From contig JBCCNJ010000003.1 of NCBI GenBank assembly GCA_039025905.1, positions 11,505 to 75,504 of the forward strand: a stretch of DNA of 64,000 nucleotides, in the 5' to 3' direction. Positions 13,546-25,588 of this stretch are shown piece by piece (the stretch's first letter is position 1; the number at the start of each line of letters is the position of its first letter). The translations under genes were made by a program, and so were the position numbers. The stretch comes from Pseudomonadota bacterium. Lineage in GTDB: Bacteria > Pseudomonadota > Gammaproteobacteria > Pseudomonadales > Halieaceae. The notes under the pieces are model-generated. The model did not search any database and was not told the DNA's origin. It saw nothing but the letters and a program-made list of their open reading frames with translations.

Positions 13546-14160
13546 TCAGGCTTCTCCGTCCTTGTAACGATAGGTTTTCGCGATGATATTCATGCCCAGG
13601 TTATTGGCATCGTTGCCGCGGGCGGTAATAGTAAAATCGTGTAGCGTTACGATTCGCGGCAAACCGGCCATACCGCTGATAAACGCTCCTAGATCGTGAT
13701 ACGAACCCGATGCGCTGATCGCGATCGGAAGCTCTACGTAGAACTCTCTCGATGTCTCGTTTTGTAGATCAATACTGGCAATATTTAGGCCGTTTAGCAG
13801 CCCCTTGTTCGTAATATCTTCTAGCAAGCCGGGAACCTCCGTGTCGCTGGGAAGCTGACTCACCAGCGCACCAAAGGACTCTTCCATTTCGACCATTTGT
13901 TGCCGATAGGCTTCTAGATTAGCGGCCTGAAACGCCTTTTTTTCAAAATCTTTCTTGAGCTCGATTTCCTTCGCTTCAACCTTCGCGAGCTCGTCTTGCA
14001 TATCCTGAATGTGGTAGTAGTAGCCACCTGCCAACACTAAGCAGATCAAGAGCACCCAAATAAATACTTTTACGGGTACAGGCCAGGACCCAACGTTGTC
14101 GAAGTCGAGGCTGTTGATGTCAAACTCGCGCAGCGAGCGCATAGAATCTTCAAACGCCAT
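13546..14160 (-). CDS. pilO: Type IV pilus assembly protein PilO
   Basis: 204 aa. Single N-terminal TM helix plus coiled coil. Position in the pilMNOPQ operon. Confidence 0.85.
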   Translation of the reverse strand: MAFEDSMRSLREFDINSLDFDNVGSWPVPVKVFIWVLLICLVLAGGYYYHIQDMQDELAKVEAKEIELKKDFEKKAFQAANLEAYRQQMVEMEESFGALVSQLPSDTEVPGLLEDITNKGLLNGLNIASIDLQNETSREFYVELPIAISASGSYHDLGAFISGMAGLPRIVTLHDFTITARGNDANNLGMNIIAKTYRYKDGEA

Positions 14161-14163
14161 CGA

Positions 14164-14732
14164 TTAGCCCTCCTGCGACTCTTGCTCAGAATCCGGCGCC
14201 TGGATCTGCACCGTCAAGTTAAAGGTATTTGCCTGGTCACCGTATTCAGGAGCCGCCCTGACTGCATCCAAAGATGGATTGGCCAACCAATCTGACGACT
14301 CCAATCTGCGCATCAGGCTGGAGACTCTGTTGTTGGATTCCGCAATACCGCGAATAGAAATAGTTTTGTCTTTCGTTTGCAGCGATGTGTAGAACACGCC
14401 GTCAGGGACAGTCCGCACAAGCTGGTCAAGCACCCTAACAATAATGGGCCGGTTACCCTGCAGCTCCTGGATAACGCGCATCCTATCCAAAAGCTGATTA
14501 CGCTTTCTCTCCAACTCTTTAATTTCAGCAACCTGCGCATCCAAAATCTTAATTTCGTCCTGCAGGTAATTGTTGCGCGCATTCTGATTTTCAATCTGAC
14601 CGGAAACCACCTGGTCCGCAAGCAGTACCAAACCGACGCCTAGCGCTAGCACCAGGCCGACTGTTACCAGAAAGTCTTTCTTCAGGTCTTGTCGGCGCTC
14701 TTCGCGCCAAGGCAATAAGTTAATCTGCGCCA

Positions 14733-14733
<1 letters not shown>
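14164..14733 (-). CDS. pilN: Type IV pilus assembly protein PilN
   Basis: 189 aa. The conserved N-terminus MAQINLLPWRE is the PilM-binding motif. One TM helix. Confidence 0.9.
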
Positions 14734-15824
<1,091 letters not shown>

Positions 15825-15971
15825 TTAGGATATTTTTATGCGTTGCTACATTAATCGGTAGGTATAACACAGTCGAAAATATATCCAAACCGAAAAAAAG
15901 CATATAATTACCACTTAGCCGTTTGTACCTCGCAAAAGACTAATTACAAGCCTCTGTTTACTAAGGCCTAA

Positions 15972-18413
15972 ATGATAATCCTACGCGCCCTCATACGCCT
16001 CTCATTATTTGGACTTTTCGCAGGTTTTTGGCTTATTGCCGGGGTCTATCTGTATCTGGCTCCCAATCTGCCCGATGTCGCCACCCTCCGGGACGTAAAA
16101 TTGCAAACACCGATGCGAGTTTACACCCGCGATGGGGAGCTCATTGGCCAATTTGGGGAACAAAAGCGCAACCCTCTTACCTTCGACGAAATTCCCCAAC
16201 CCTTTATCGACGCGCTACTGGCAGCGGAGGATTCCAGTTTCTTTAGCCACTCAGGCGTCGACTTGGGCGGGCTGATGAGGGCGGTCTCGGAGCTCGTACT
16301 GACAGGGGAAAAAGGTTCGGGGGGCAGCACGCTAACCATGCAGGTCGCGCGCAACTATTTCCTCACCTTGGAGCGTACATTTGTAAGAAAATTTAATGAA
16401 ATCCTGCTGGCCATCGAAATCGAACGCAGGCTGAGCAAAAAAGAAATCTTTGAACTGTATGTTAATCGGGTATTTTTGGGGCATCGCGCGTACGGCTTTG
16501 GTGCTGCTGCCCAGGTGTATTACGGCAAACCGCTGAGCGAGTTGGACCTCGCACAATTCGCAATGCTGGCTGGGGTGCCAAAATCGCCCTCTCGCAATAA
16601 CCCTATCAGCGGTCCAGAGGCTGGCAAAGAGCGGCGTGACTGGATCTTAGGTCGCATGCTCACCTTGGGATACATAGATCAGAGCGACTATCGCAGCGCG
16701 TTAGCCGCACCCGTCACAGCCCGGCACCACGGCCAGAGACTCAGCTTCGCTGCGCACTATGCCGCAGAAATGGTGCGCCAGGAGATGCTCGATCGCTATG
16801 GCACTGCAGCATACAACGACGGTTACGAGGTCTACACCACCATCGATTCGTCATTGCAGCAAGTCGCGCGCTCGGCATTGATCAACGGCTTATTGACCTA
16901 TGATGATCGCCATGGTTACCGCGGGCCGGAGCGACGCCTTGGCATAGCAAGTCTCGAGGACGAAGCAGAGACTAGGCGCATCTGGCTAGAGGAACTGGGT
17001 CAGACCGCTACCATCGCCGGATTATTCCCGGCCGTCGTCACCGAGGTTGGGGAGGATCAGGTTTCCATACTTCTGGCAGACGGTAATGATGATGTCATAT
17101 TGTGGGATAACGGAATCAAGCAGGCGGCTCCCTATATCAACGAAAGTCGCGTAGCTGGGCGGCCCGAAACGCCAGCCGATGTACTCTCACCCGGCGACCT
17201 GGTACGCATCAAAGCGAACAAAGACAGCCAATGGCAGTTGCTACAGGTGCCAGCAGCCCAGGCAGCGCTGGTGTCACTTAACCCAGAAAACGGCGCTTTG
17301 ATTAGCATTGTCGGTGGCATAGGCTTTGAACTCAGCAAGTTCAATCGCGCGACCCAAGCCAAGCGCCAACCGGGCTCAAGTTTCAAGCCCTTCCTTTATG
17401 GCGCAGCGCTAGAGTCGGGCTTTACCGCAGCGAGCATCATCAATGATGCACCTGTCGTGGTCGACGATGATTCCTTGGGAGAAGGAATGTGGCGCCCGGA
17501 AAATGACGGGGGAAGATTCTATGGCCCTACGCGCTTGCGTTGGGCGCTCACCAAGTCACGCAATCTAGTCTCGATCAGGCTGCTGCAGCAGCTAGGCGTA
17601 GAAAATCTACTCGAGTATGTCGGTCAATTTGGTATCGATACATCAAGCGTTCCCCGCGATTTGTCTTTAGCACTCGGCACCCATGTGATGAGCGTGATGG
17701 AGGTCGCAACCGCCTATGCGGTGCTAGCTAATGGCGGCTTTCTGGTCGAGCCCTATCTGATTGATCGCATTCTGGACCTGGACGGCGAGGAGATTTACCA
17801 GGCCAGGCCGATGACCGTCTGCCAATCATGTGAGGAAGGTGGCAGTGCTATGCCAGAGGAGCTGAGTATGGAACAGATATTGGCAGGAGGGGATCAGGTC
17901 GAAGACAGCCTACCCATCGCGCCGCGTATTATGGATCCTCGAGCCGCCTTTGTAATCGACAGCATTCTCAAGGACGTCATCACTAAGGGTACGGGAAGCC
18001 GGGCCCTGGTTTTGGAAAGAAGCGACATCGCCGGCAAAACCGGGACGACCAACGGCCCAATGGATGCCTGGTTCTCCGGCTACAACCCAGATGTGGTTAC
18101 CACGACCTGGGTAGGCTTCGACAATTACACGCCGCTGGGTAGAAGAGAATTTGGCGGCACAGCGGCTCTGCCAATCTGGATAGATTTTATGAAGGAGGCC
18201 CTCAAAGACCTGCCTGTGCAAGATCGAAGGGTGCCCAATGGTCTTATCAATGTCAGAATCGATCCCGATACGGGCCTGTTAGCTTCGCCAGGTCAGCCAG
18301 ATGCTGTGTTCGAGTACTTCCCTGAAGAAACCGTCCCCGGCACATTGGTAGGGGAGGACAGAAGTACGCCTGGTGTCTCAGGCACAGATGACCTGGTAAG
18401 GGATATTTTCTGA
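15972..18413 (+). CDS. mrcA: Penicillin-binding protein 1A (bifunctional transglycosylase/transpeptidase)
   Basis: 813 aa. GT51 motifs (EDSSFFSHSGVD, RNYF) and transpeptidase motifs SSFKP, SRN and KTGT. Divergent from pilM as in Pseudomonas. Confidence 0.95.
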   Translation: MIILRALIRLSLFGLFAGFWLIAGVYLYLAPNLPDVATLRDVKLQTPMRVYTRDGELIGQFGEQKRNPLTFDEIPQPFIDALLAAEDSSFFSHSGVDLGGLMRAVSELVLTGEKGSGGSTLTMQVARNYFLTLERTFVRKFNEILLAIEIERRLSKKEIFELYVNRVFLGHRAYGFGAAAQVYYGKPLSELDLAQFAMLAGVPKSPSRNNPISGPEAGKERRDWILGRMLTLGYIDQSDYRSALAAPVTARHHGQRLSFAAHYAAEMVRQEMLDRYGTAAYNDGYEVYTTIDSSLQQVARSALINGLLTYDDRHGYRGPERRLGIASLEDEAETRRIWLEELGQTATIAGLFPAVVTEVGEDQVSILLADGNDDVILWDNGIKQAAPYINESRVAGRPETPADVLSPGDLVRIKANKDSQWQLLQVPAAQAALVSLNPENGALISIVGGIGFELSKFNRATQAKRQPGSSFKPFLYGAALESGFTAASIINDAPVVVDDDSLGEGMWRPENDGGRFYGPTRLRWALTKSRNLVSIRLLQQLGVENLLEYVGQFGIDTSSVPRDLSLALGTHVMSVMEVATAYAVLANGGFLVEPYLIDRILDLDGEEIYQARPMTVCQSCEEGGSAMPEELSMEQILAGGDQVEDSLPIAPRIMDPRAAFVIDSILKDVITKGTGSRALVLERSDIAGKTGTTNGPMDAWFSGYNPDVVTTTWVGFDNYTPLGRREFGGTAALPIWIDFMKEALKDLPVQDRRVPNGLINVRIDPDTGLLASPGQPDAVFEYFPEETVPGTLVGEDRSTPGVSGTDDLVRDIF

Positions 18414-18432
18414 GCGCTTTTACCTAAGCGCT
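18413..18432. terminator. Short hairpin between convergent mrcA and malic-enzyme genes (possible bidirectional terminator)
   Basis: AGCGCTT-ttacct-AAGCGCT forms a 7-bp stem overlapping the mrcA stop codon. No clear U-tract on either strand. Confidence 0.3.
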
Positions 18433-18451
18433 AACCTCGCAGGAGGGCTCG

Positions 18452-19684
18452 CTAGTCAACAGCCTTAACGCGCGCGACGCCGGTCGCCACTGCAGCTTCA
18501 GCGACTGCCGCAGACACCGTCTGCAGCAAGCGCGGATCCATCGGCTTGGGAATAATGTAGTCCGGTCCGAACTTCAGCTCATCGACGTTACAAGCCTCTA
18601 ACACCGCCGTGGGGACTTCAGATCGCGCAAGTTCACACAGCGCATGCACGGCTGCCATTTTCATTTCTTCATTTATACAGGTTGCGCGCACGTCAAGTGC
18701 GCCGCGAAAAATGAAGGGAAACCCAAGCACATTATTGACCTGGTTGGGGTAGTCCGATCGGCCCGTGGCAATGATCACGTCGGAGCGAACCGCAAGAGCT
18801 GTTTCCGGTTTGATTTCAGGATCGGGATTAGAGCAGGCAAACACAACTGGCTTGTCTGCCATAGACAACAACATGTCACGGCTGAGCAAGTCCGCACCCG
18901 ATAGTCCAATAAACACATCTGCCCCCTCGACAGCATCGGCCAAACTGCGCTTATTGGTTTGATTCGCAAACTCTGCTTTGTATGGGTTAACGCCCTCTCG
19001 GCCGGCATAAATCACGCCGCGCCGGTCCAACATAAAAATATTCTCCAGGTTCGCACCTAGGCTGACCAGTAGTCGCATACAGGCAATGGCTGCAGCACCG
19101 GCTCCCAGGCAGGTGATGCGAACGTCTTGTAAGCGTTTGTCCTGTATCTCCAGGGCGTTCATTAAGCCCGCCGCCGTGACAATAGCCGTCCCGTGCTGAT
19201 CGTCGTGAAATATCGGGATATTGCAGCGCTCGACGAGGGCCGCCTCAATCTCAAAGCACTCGGGCGCTTTAATATCTTCCAGATTAATACCACCGAAGGT
19301 GTCGGCAATCCTGGCGACGGTTTCTACGAACTGATCAGGATCTTCGGTGCTCACCTCAACATCAATAGAGTTGATGCCGGCGAAGCGCTTAAATAGCAAG
19401 GCCTTGCCTTCCATGACCGGTTTACTGGCCAAGGAACCTAAGTTGCCCAGACCCAGCACCGCCGTGCCGTTGGTGATCACCGCCACAAGATTGCCCTTGC
19501 CTGTATAGCGATAGACATTTTCGCCATCGCGCGCAATTTCGCGACAGGGTTCGGCCACACCTGGACTATAAGCCAGAGCCAGGTCCAGCTGCGTTTCCGC
19601 CGGTTTGCTCATCTCCACGCTGATCTTCCCGGCAACCGGTTCTGCGTGGTAGTTCAAAGCAGCCTGCTTGAGGTCCTCAGACAT
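18452..19684 (-). CDS. NAD(P)-dependent malic enzyme (short form, no PTA domain)
   Basis: The ORF-track start 19741 is trimmed to ATG 19684 ([16 protein letters not shown]...). Malic-enzyme blocks [10 protein letters not shown] and GLGNLG, plus the Rossmann motif GAGAAAIA. Confidence 0.9.
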   Translation of the reverse strand: MSEDLKQAALNYHAEPVAGKISVEMSKPAETQLDLALAYSPGVAEPCREIARDGENVYRYTGKGNLVAVITNGTAVLGLGNLGSLASKPVMEGKALLFKRFAGINSIDVEVSTEDPDQFVETVARIADTFGGINLEDIKAPECFEIEAALVERCNIPIFHDDQHGTAIVTAAGLMNALEIQDKRLQDVRITCLGAGAAAIACMRLLVSLGANLENIFMLDRRGVIYAGREGVNPYKAEFANQTNKRSLADAVEGADVFIGLSGADLLSRDMLLSMADKPVVFACSNPDPEIKPETALAVRSDVIIATGRSDYPNQVNNVLGFPFIFRGALDVRATCINEEMKMAAVHALCELARSEVPTAVLEACNVDELKFGPDYIIPKPMDPRLLQTVSAAVAEAAVATGVARVKAVD

Positions 19685-19784
19685 GTGACTCACTAGTCGA
19701 AAAAGGTTCGCAAGGATATAGAAAAGGGCAGTCGCGAACAAGCTTGTGGCGAGTGGTGAATATCAAATCTCAATCCACCAGAGT

Positions 19785-19815
19785 AAAAAAAACCAGGCTG
19801 CAAAGAGCCTGGTTT
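19785..19815 (-). terminator. Rho-independent terminator of rpmE
   Basis: Minus strand reads AAACCAGGCT-ctttgc-AGCCTGGTTT, a perfect 10-bp stem, followed by a run of T's. It starts about 33 nt after the rpmE stop. Confidence 0.85.
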
Positions 19816-19848
19816 CCTGTGTTAGCACGCGGCCTCGCCGCTACAAAA

Positions 19849-20064
19849 CTAGCGCTTGCTGCCGCGGTTTCCGAATCGCTTCTTGAAGCGATCAACTCGA
19901 CCACCGCTGTCGACTACCTTTTGCTTTCCGGTGTAAAAGGGATGGCAGAGCGAGCAAACATCGATGTGAAGATCTTTGCAGAGTGTGGAACGCGTAACGA
20001 TGGTGTTGCCGCAGCTACATGTCGCGGTCACTTCCTCATACTTTGGATGAATCTCTGCTTTCAT
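19849..20064 (-). CDS. rpmE: 50S ribosomal protein L31 (Zn-ribbon, C+ type)
   Basis: Trimmed to ATG 20064, giving [20 protein letters not shown]...[11 protein letters not shown] strong AAGGAG Shine-Dalgarno lies upstream. Confidence 0.95.
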   Translation of the reverse strand: MKAEIHPKYEEVTATCSCGNTIVTRSTLCKDLHIDVCSLCHPFYTGKQKVVDSGGRVDRFKKRFGNRGSKR

Positions 20065-20322
20065 TTTAATACTCCTTTTTCGCATGGCACCGCCACCCGA
20101 TCAATGCCGGGCACCGCACCGAAAAATAGCCGCGCATCTTACCAGAGCTGGGATTAGAAGCAAGAACCGCAATCGGGGATCGCGGAAGCCCGTTTTAGTA
20201 TCGCTCGCCGGCTACACACCGATCATAGGCCAAGCTGCGTTAGGCACGCCAAGCAAGGCTAGCCGGGGCCTGGATATTCCAATTCCTTAGCTGCCGCCGA
20301 ACCCTCCTGTTAAAGTGGGGTC

Positions 20323-22521
20323 ATGCCCGTACTCCGTCTCGCCATTCCCTCGCCGTTGCGACGCTTGTTTGACTATCTTCCGCCTGCGGATATCAGCGAT
20401 GAACAAGTGCATGGTCTGAAACCGGGACAGCGTCTACGAGTATCTTTTGGTGCACGCTCCCTGATTGGGTATCTGGTTTGTTTAGCCGACACCAGTGAAG
20501 TACCTGAGACAAAGTTAAAGCGTGCTTTAACGCTAGTGGACGAGGAACCGTTAATCCCACCTACACTGGTGGAACTGTGTGCCTGGGCGGTCGAATATTA
20601 CCAACATCCTCCTGGCGAAGTGTTCAGCGCGGCTTTCCCGAAGACAATGCGTGAGGGCGGGGCAAACAGACTGGAAGGTGTGCCGGGGTGGCGCCTTACA
20701 GACCGGGGCTTAGGCCTGCCAGCAGGAGCGTTGTCGCGGTCGCCCAAGCAGTCAAAGGCGCTGGCCATTATGCGCTGCGAGGAGGCAGTCTCCAAAACTG
20801 CGCTCATGGAAAGGGGTATAAGCCAGAACATTATGCGAGAGCTAGAAAAAAAAGGCCTGGTGCAAAAGTGCCTGATGCCACCACCGGAACCAGAGTTCAA
20901 GCCAAGCCCCGCGCTAGAGCCGACATCAGAACAGGCAAGCGTGCTGCGCGCGCTCATCGCGCATAGCGAAGGCTTTAGCTGCCATCTGCTGCAGGGAGTG
21001 ACCGGCAGCGGCAAGACAGAAGTTTATCTACAGCTGATCGCAAACTGTTTGCAGCGCGACCAACAGGCGCTGGTGTTGATACCTGAAATTGGTTTGACGC
21101 CACAGACGCTCGCGCGATTCAAGTCGAGATTCGCAGCCAATATTGTTGTCGTGCACTCGGGTCTCACTGAGCGCGAACGCTATCTCGCTTGGGAGGCGGC
21201 AAGGGTGGGTAATGCACAAATCGTGATCGGTACGCGTTCGGCCATTTTTACACCTTTGAAAGCGCTCGGCGTGGTCATCGTAGATGAGGAACACGATAGC
21301 TCTTATAAGCAACAAGACGGATTTCGCTATTCAGCCCGCGACATGGCAGTCAAACGAGGGCAAATCGAGAACGCACAGGTCCTGCTTGGAAGCGCTACCC
21401 CTTCGCTAGAGAGCCTCTACAACGCTTCACGCGGACGCTACACGCTGCATCGGCTCACACGACGGCCGAGCGGTAGTCAACCGCCAAACATCTCTGTAAT
21501 CGATATTCGCAGATCCGAGCTGCGCGCCGGGATGTCAGAAGACTTAATGGCTGCCATTCATGACACGCTCTGCAAAGACCAGCAGGTACTTTTATTCTTA
21601 AATCGAAGAGGTTTCGCACCAACACTGCAGTGCCATAGTTGCGGATGGATAGCCGAATGCCAGCACTGCGATGCCAGGATGACCGTCCACCAGAAACCGG
21701 CCAGCTTGCAATGTCATCACTGCGGGGCCAATGCTCCGCTGGCTCATCAATGCCCTCAGTGCCACAGTGGCGACTTGATTACGCACGGTTTGGGTACTGA
21801 GCAAACTCAGGCCTATCTGCAGCAGCGTTTTGCCCAGTGGCCAGTGTATCGGGTTGACAGTGATTCTATGCAGGGCAAGCACGCGATGCAGGCACTCACC
21901 GAGTCGATTAGTGGTGGCAAACCCTGCATCCTGCTGGGTACACAAATGCTGACCAAAGGCCACCACTTTCCAGGGGTCACCCTGGTAGCGATTATCGATG
22001 TGGATGCGATGTTGTTCAGCACTGACTTTCGCGGTGACGAGCGAATGGCCCAGCTGCTAACCCAGGTTGCAGGTCGAGCAGGTCGCGCCCAACTGCCAGG
22101 ACAAGTGCTGCTGCAAACACACTACCCAGATCATCCCCTGGTGCAGAGCATGCTCACCCTGGATTACACCGAGCAGGCCCGGCACATGCTAGATAGTCGC
22201 TTATCCAGCGGCATGCCGCCGGCAGGGCAGCTGCTGATTGTTCGAACCGACAGTGAAAGCCCGCTTGAAGGGGAGAGATTCCTACTTGAATTGGAACGCA
22301 AGGTCCGCAACACCATGCCCGATGAGATCCAGCTTATCGGGCCTTTACCATCGCCTATGCAGCGAAGGGCAGGCAAGTTTAGACACCAACTCATCGCCTT
22401 AATGGCGAGTCGACGTGATGCAAAGGCCCTTGCCGAAACCATGGTAAAAGAAGCCGAGTTGGGCAAGTCAAGCAACAAACTTAAGTGGTCAATTGATGTC
22501 GACCCCATGGATCTTTATTGA
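20323..22521 (+). CDS. priA: Primosomal replication-restart helicase PriA
   Basis: 732 aa. Walker A GVTGSGKTEVY, DEEHD box, and a Cys-rich Zn-binding insertion (CHSCGWIAECQHCDARM...CHHCG...CPQCHS). Confidence 0.95.
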   Translation: MPVLRLAIPSPLRRLFDYLPPADISDEQVHGLKPGQRLRVSFGARSLIGYLVCLADTSEVPETKLKRALTLVDEEPLIPPTLVELCAWAVEYYQHPPGEVFSAAFPKTMREGGANRLEGVPGWRLTDRGLGLPAGALSRSPKQSKALAIMRCEEAVSKTALMERGISQNIMRELEKKGLVQKCLMPPPEPEFKPSPALEPTSEQASVLRALIAHSEGFSCHLLQGVTGSGKTEVYLQLIANCLQRDQQALVLIPEIGLTPQTLARFKSRFAANIVVVHSGLTERERYLAWEAARVGNAQIVIGTRSAIFTPLKALGVVIVDEEHDSSYKQQDGFRYSARDMAVKRGQIENAQVLLGSATPSLESLYNASRGRYTLHRLTRRPSGSQPPNISVIDIRRSELRAGMSEDLMAAIHDTLCKDQQVLLFLNRRGFAPTLQCHSCGWIAECQHCDARMTVHQKPASLQCHHCGANAPLAHQCPQCHSGDLITHGLGTEQTQAYLQQRFAQWPVYRVDSDSMQGKHAMQALTESISGGKPCILLGTQMLTKGHHFPGVTLVAIIDVDAMLFSTDFRGDERMAQLLTQVAGRAGRAQLPGQVLLQTHYPDHPLVQSMLTLDYTEQARHMLDSRLSSGMPPAGQLLIVRTDSESPLEGERFLLELERKVRNTMPDEIQLIGPLPSPMQRRAGKFRHQLIALMASRRDAKALAETMVKEAELGKSSNKLKWSIDVDPMDLY

Positions 22522-22681
22522 CAGACGCAAAGCGCAGGGTTGCGTGGACGCAAGCTCATGATGAGCGGTGCTGGTCATTGCATACCTGAATGCGCATAAT
22601 GGCGCCCCAACGTATTTCCGCCTACCGTTCGCCAGTAAAACACGGACTGATAGTTCGAAACACAGGTTCATTTCCCGGGCA

Positions 22682-24367
22682 ATGAAAGAACAAATCACGC
22701 AATTGATAGGTCAGGCTCTGGACGCACTGATACAGAAGGGCGATCTGGAAGTGGTGCGACCTGACGCTATAGCGCTGGATCGAACTCGTGACCCTAGCCA
22801 CGGCGATCTTGCCAGCAATGTTGCGCTGACGCTCGCCAAGTCCGCCGGCAAAAACCCCAGAGAACTGGCGCAAATGATATGCGATGCGCTGCCCGTCTCC
22901 GCGTTTGTGGCCCGTACAGAAATTGCCGGTCCAGGTTTTATCAATTTCTTCCTTTCCGAGGCCACTGGACAGGCAGTCGTGCAGCGAATATTGGAGCAGG
23001 GAGCTGCTTTTGGTAAAGCGACAACCGGAGCCGGGCGCAAAGTTCAGGTGGAGTTTGTGTCTGCAAACCCGACAGGCCCCCTGCACGTTGGTCACGGCCG
23101 CCAGGCTGCGATTGGCGACTGTATTTGCCGCCTGCTGCAGGCTACTGGTTGGGATGTGAGCAGAGAATTTTATTACAACGATGCAGGGCAGCAGATTACC
23201 AATTTAGCACTGTCTGTCCAAGCGCGATGCCGCGGCCAGGGCCCGGATGATGAAGAATGGCCGGCAGATGGCTATCGCGGCGCATACATAGAAGATGTGG
23301 CACGCGCCTATCTTGCCGGAGAGAGCGTGGAAGCCTCCGATCAAAATGTTCGCGCCAGCGCTGATGTAGACGATTTGGAGGATATTCGCCGCTTCGCCGT
23401 CGCCTATCTGCGCAGAGAACAAGATCTGGATCTGAAGGCTTTTGAGGTGGACTTCGATCACTATTTCCTGGAGTCATCGCTGTATGAAGATGGCGAGGTA
23501 GAGAACACCGTCCAGCGCTTGCAAGACAGGCACCACACCTATGAGCAAGACGGTGCACTGTGGCTAAAAACCACGGAGTTCGGCGACGACAAAGATCGTG
23601 TGATGCGCAAAAGCGAAGGCGGGTACACCTACTTCGTGCCGGACGTTGCCTATCATCTCAATAAATGGCAACGCGGCTTCGAGCGCGTGATCGACGTACA
23701 AGGCGCAGATCATCACAGCACGGTAACCCGCGTTAGAGCAGGTCTTCAGGCCTTGGACGCCGGTATCCCAGAAGGTTGGCCAGATTATGTCTTGCACCAG
23801 ATGGTCACGGTGGTGCGAGATGGTGAAGAAGTGAAACTGTCAAAGCGCGCAGGCAGCTATGTCACCTTGCGTGACTTAATCGACGAAGTAGGCCGCGATG
23901 CGACCCGTTATTTTTTGGCCGCACGTACTCGGAGTTCACAGCTCACTTTCGATATCAATCTGGCGCAATCCCAAAGCAACGATAACCCAATCTATTATAT
24001 TCAATACGCGCATGCCAGGGCCTGTGCTGTTATGCGGCGACTTACAGAGCAGGGCGGCATTTGGACACCGGAGCAGGGTATAGCGCAACTGGATAAACTA
24101 ACCAATGAGCACGAAAAAGCAGTGCTCAAACAACTAGATCGCTATCCCGAAGTCGTCGCAAACGCTGCAGAAAATACAGAGCCCCACAACGTCGCAACCT
24201 ACCTGAGAGAGCTGGCGGCCGAGTTCCATACCTGCTACAACGCCAACAAATTCTTGGTAGAGGACGAGAATCTGCGCGCCGCTCGGGTAGCGCTTAGCCA
24301 AGCGGTTCGCCAGGTCATAGCCAATGGCCTGCTATTGCTTGGTGTTTCTGCACCGGAGGCGATGTAG
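22682..24367 (+). CDS. argS: Arginine--tRNA ligase
   Basis: Trimmed from 22568 to ATG 22682 ([13 protein letters not shown]...). Class I HIGH motif ([11 protein letters not shown]), the KMSKS-equivalent KLSKR, and a C-terminal DALR anticodon-binding domain. Confidence 0.95.
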   Translation: MKEQITQLIGQALDALIQKGDLEVVRPDAIALDRTRDPSHGDLASNVALTLAKSAGKNPRELAQMICDALPVSAFVARTEIAGPGFINFFLSEATGQAVVQRILEQGAAFGKATTGAGRKVQVEFVSANPTGPLHVGHGRQAAIGDCICRLLQATGWDVSREFYYNDAGQQITNLALSVQARCRGQGPDDEEWPADGYRGAYIEDVARAYLAGESVEASDQNVRASADVDDLEDIRRFAVAYLRREQDLDLKAFEVDFDHYFLESSLYEDGEVENTVQRLQDRHHTYEQDGALWLKTTEFGDDKDRVMRKSEGGYTYFVPDVAYHLNKWQRGFERVIDVQGADHHSTVTRVRAGLQALDAGIPEGWPDYVLHQMVTVVRDGEEVKLSKRAGSYVTLRDLIDEVGRDATRYFLAARTRSSQLTFDINLAQSQSNDNPIYYIQYAHARACAVMRRLTEQGGIWTPEQGIAQLDKLTNEHEKAVLKQLDRYPEVVANAAENTEPHNVATYLRELAAEFHTCYNANKFLVEDENLRAARVALSQAVRQVIANGLLLLGVSAPEAM

Positions 24368-24370
24368 GCG

Positions 24371-24955
24371 ATGGCGAAAGATTTCGCCAAGGCGCGCAAT
24401 TCGGGAAGTAAATCCAGCAGCAAATCGAATCGTCAGCGCAAATCATCGGCAAAGGTCACGCAAGGCAAATCGGGCACTGGCTGGCGCGCTTATTTCGCGG
24501 GCGTGTTGACGGGCTGCTTTCTAAGTTTTCTTGTCTATCTCAACAGCCTGCCTAAGGAAGCGGACACAATTGCCACGCCGCAGGCGCTGCCATCAGAAAC
24601 TGTGGCTGTGGAGCCCCCTGAGCCTAGATTCGATTTTTACACAATGTTGGAGGAACAGACGCTTGAAATGCCGGTGGAGCCCGCTCGGGTGACCGAACTG
24701 CCGGCTGAGCCTGTGCGCGATGTTTACCTGCTGCAGGCAGGATCTTTCCGATTAAAGGATGACGCCGATAGGCGGCGTGCAGAGCTGTTACTCCTGGGCC
24801 TTGAGCCCAGGGTTGAAGAGGCCACTAGCGATAACGGTCGCTGGTTCCGAGTCTACCTCGGGCCCTTTGATTCCCGCCCCGCAATGGCCAAAGCGCGCAG
24901 TCTGACCGCCGCCCAGGACATTGACACCCTGCTTCTGAAACGAGGAACACCTTGA
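24371..24955 (+). CDS. SPOR-domain cell-division/peptidoglycan-binding protein
   Basis: 194 aa. Basic N-terminus, one TM helix, and a C-terminal SPOR domain (VYLLQAGSFRLKDDADRRRAELLLLGLEPRV...WFRVYLGPF). Conserved position between argS and hslV. Confidence 0.8.
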   Translation: MAKDFAKARNSGSKSSSKSNRQRKSSAKVTQGKSGTGWRAYFAGVLTGCFLSFLVYLNSLPKEADTIATPQALPSETVAVEPPEPRFDFYTMLEEQTLEMPVEPARVTELPAEPVRDVYLLQAGSFRLKDDADRRRAELLLLGLEPRVEEATSDNGRWFRVYLGPFDSRPAMAKARSLTAAQDIDTLLLKRGTP

Positions 24956-24970
24956 TTTCGCGTTACCGGA

Positions 24971-24999
24971 CTTGAATTTTGGCCCGGCGCACCCCATAT
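24971..24999 (+). promoter_or_regulatory. Sigma-32 (RpoH) heat-shock promoter of hslVU
   Basis: CTTGAA (24971-24976), a 15-nt spacer, then CCCCATAT (24992-24999). This matches the E. coli sigma-32 consensus CTTGAA-N13-17-CCCCATNT. It lies 43 nt upstream of the hslV start, and hslVU is a classical RpoH regulon member. Confidence 0.7.
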
Positions 25000-25041
25000 C
25001 CCACCGACTGAGCCGAATAAACCGCCGCGAGGTCTGTTGCA

Positions 25042-25581
25042 TTGGAACAATTCGAAGGCACCACCATACTGTCCGTAAGACGAGGGAACAGCGTCGTTAT
25101 TGGCGGTGATGGGCAGGTTTCCCTGGGAAATACCATCATGAAGGGCAACGCACGCAAAGTCAGACGTTTACATAAAGATCAGGTCTTGGCGGGTTTTGCA
25201 GGCGGAACCGCGGATGCGTTCACCCTTTTTGAGCTATTCGAAGCGCAACTCGAGAAACACCAGGGGCATTTGGTCAGAGCCGCAGTTGAGCTCGCCAAGG
25301 CCTGGCGCACAGAGCGAGCACTTAGAAGGCTTGAGGCACTGCTCGCCGTTGCTGACAAGACTACCTCTCTTGTCATAACCGGCAATGGCGATGTCATAGA
25401 ACCCGAGGATAATCTCATCGCGATTGGCTCCGGCGGCCCCTTCGCTCAATCTGCTGCTCGCGCGCTCCTAGACAATACCGAGTTGAGTGCACGCGATATC
25501 GTGGAGAAAGGCCTCACAATCGCTGGCGATATCTGTATCTATACGAACCACAATCGCACCATAGAACAACTGGATTTCTAG
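25042..25581 (+). CDS. hslV: ATP-dependent protease subunit HslV
   Basis: 179 aa with a TTG start. [25 protein letters not shown]...[14 protein letters not shown] is the canonical HslV core. The catalytic Thr is preceded by MEQFEG (see findings). Confidence 0.93.
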   Translation: MEQFEGTTILSVRRGNSVVIGGDGQVSLGNTIMKGNARKVRRLHKDQVLAGFAGGTADAFTLFELFEAQLEKHQGHLVRAAVELAKAWRTERALRRLEALLAVADKTTSLVITGNGDVIEPEDNLIAIGSGGPFAQSAARALLDNTELSARDIVEKGLTIAGDICIYTNHNRTIEQLDF

Positions 25582-25588
25582 GCTAACT

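Noticed and set aside
18452-19741. 5' extensions of ORF-track entries for the malic enzyme, rpmE, argS, ubiB, pntB, pntAA, helicase, eamA, nhaC, crotonase, aroB and the PilZ-like protein.
   Set aside because: In each case an internal ATG yields the canonical family N-terminus. The extension is either hydrophobic or basic junk, or it overlaps the upstream gene. Starts were trimmed accordingly, and the coordinates are given in the features.
20065-20322. 258-nt rpmE/priA divergent region, including a GGCACCGC direct repeat (20086-20093 and 20110-20117).
   Set aside because: Only short 4-bp stems and an 8-bp repeat are present. I see no convincing ribosomal-protein leader structure or Zur box, and this L31 is the Zn-binding C+ type. 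It is treated as an ordinary divergent promoter region.
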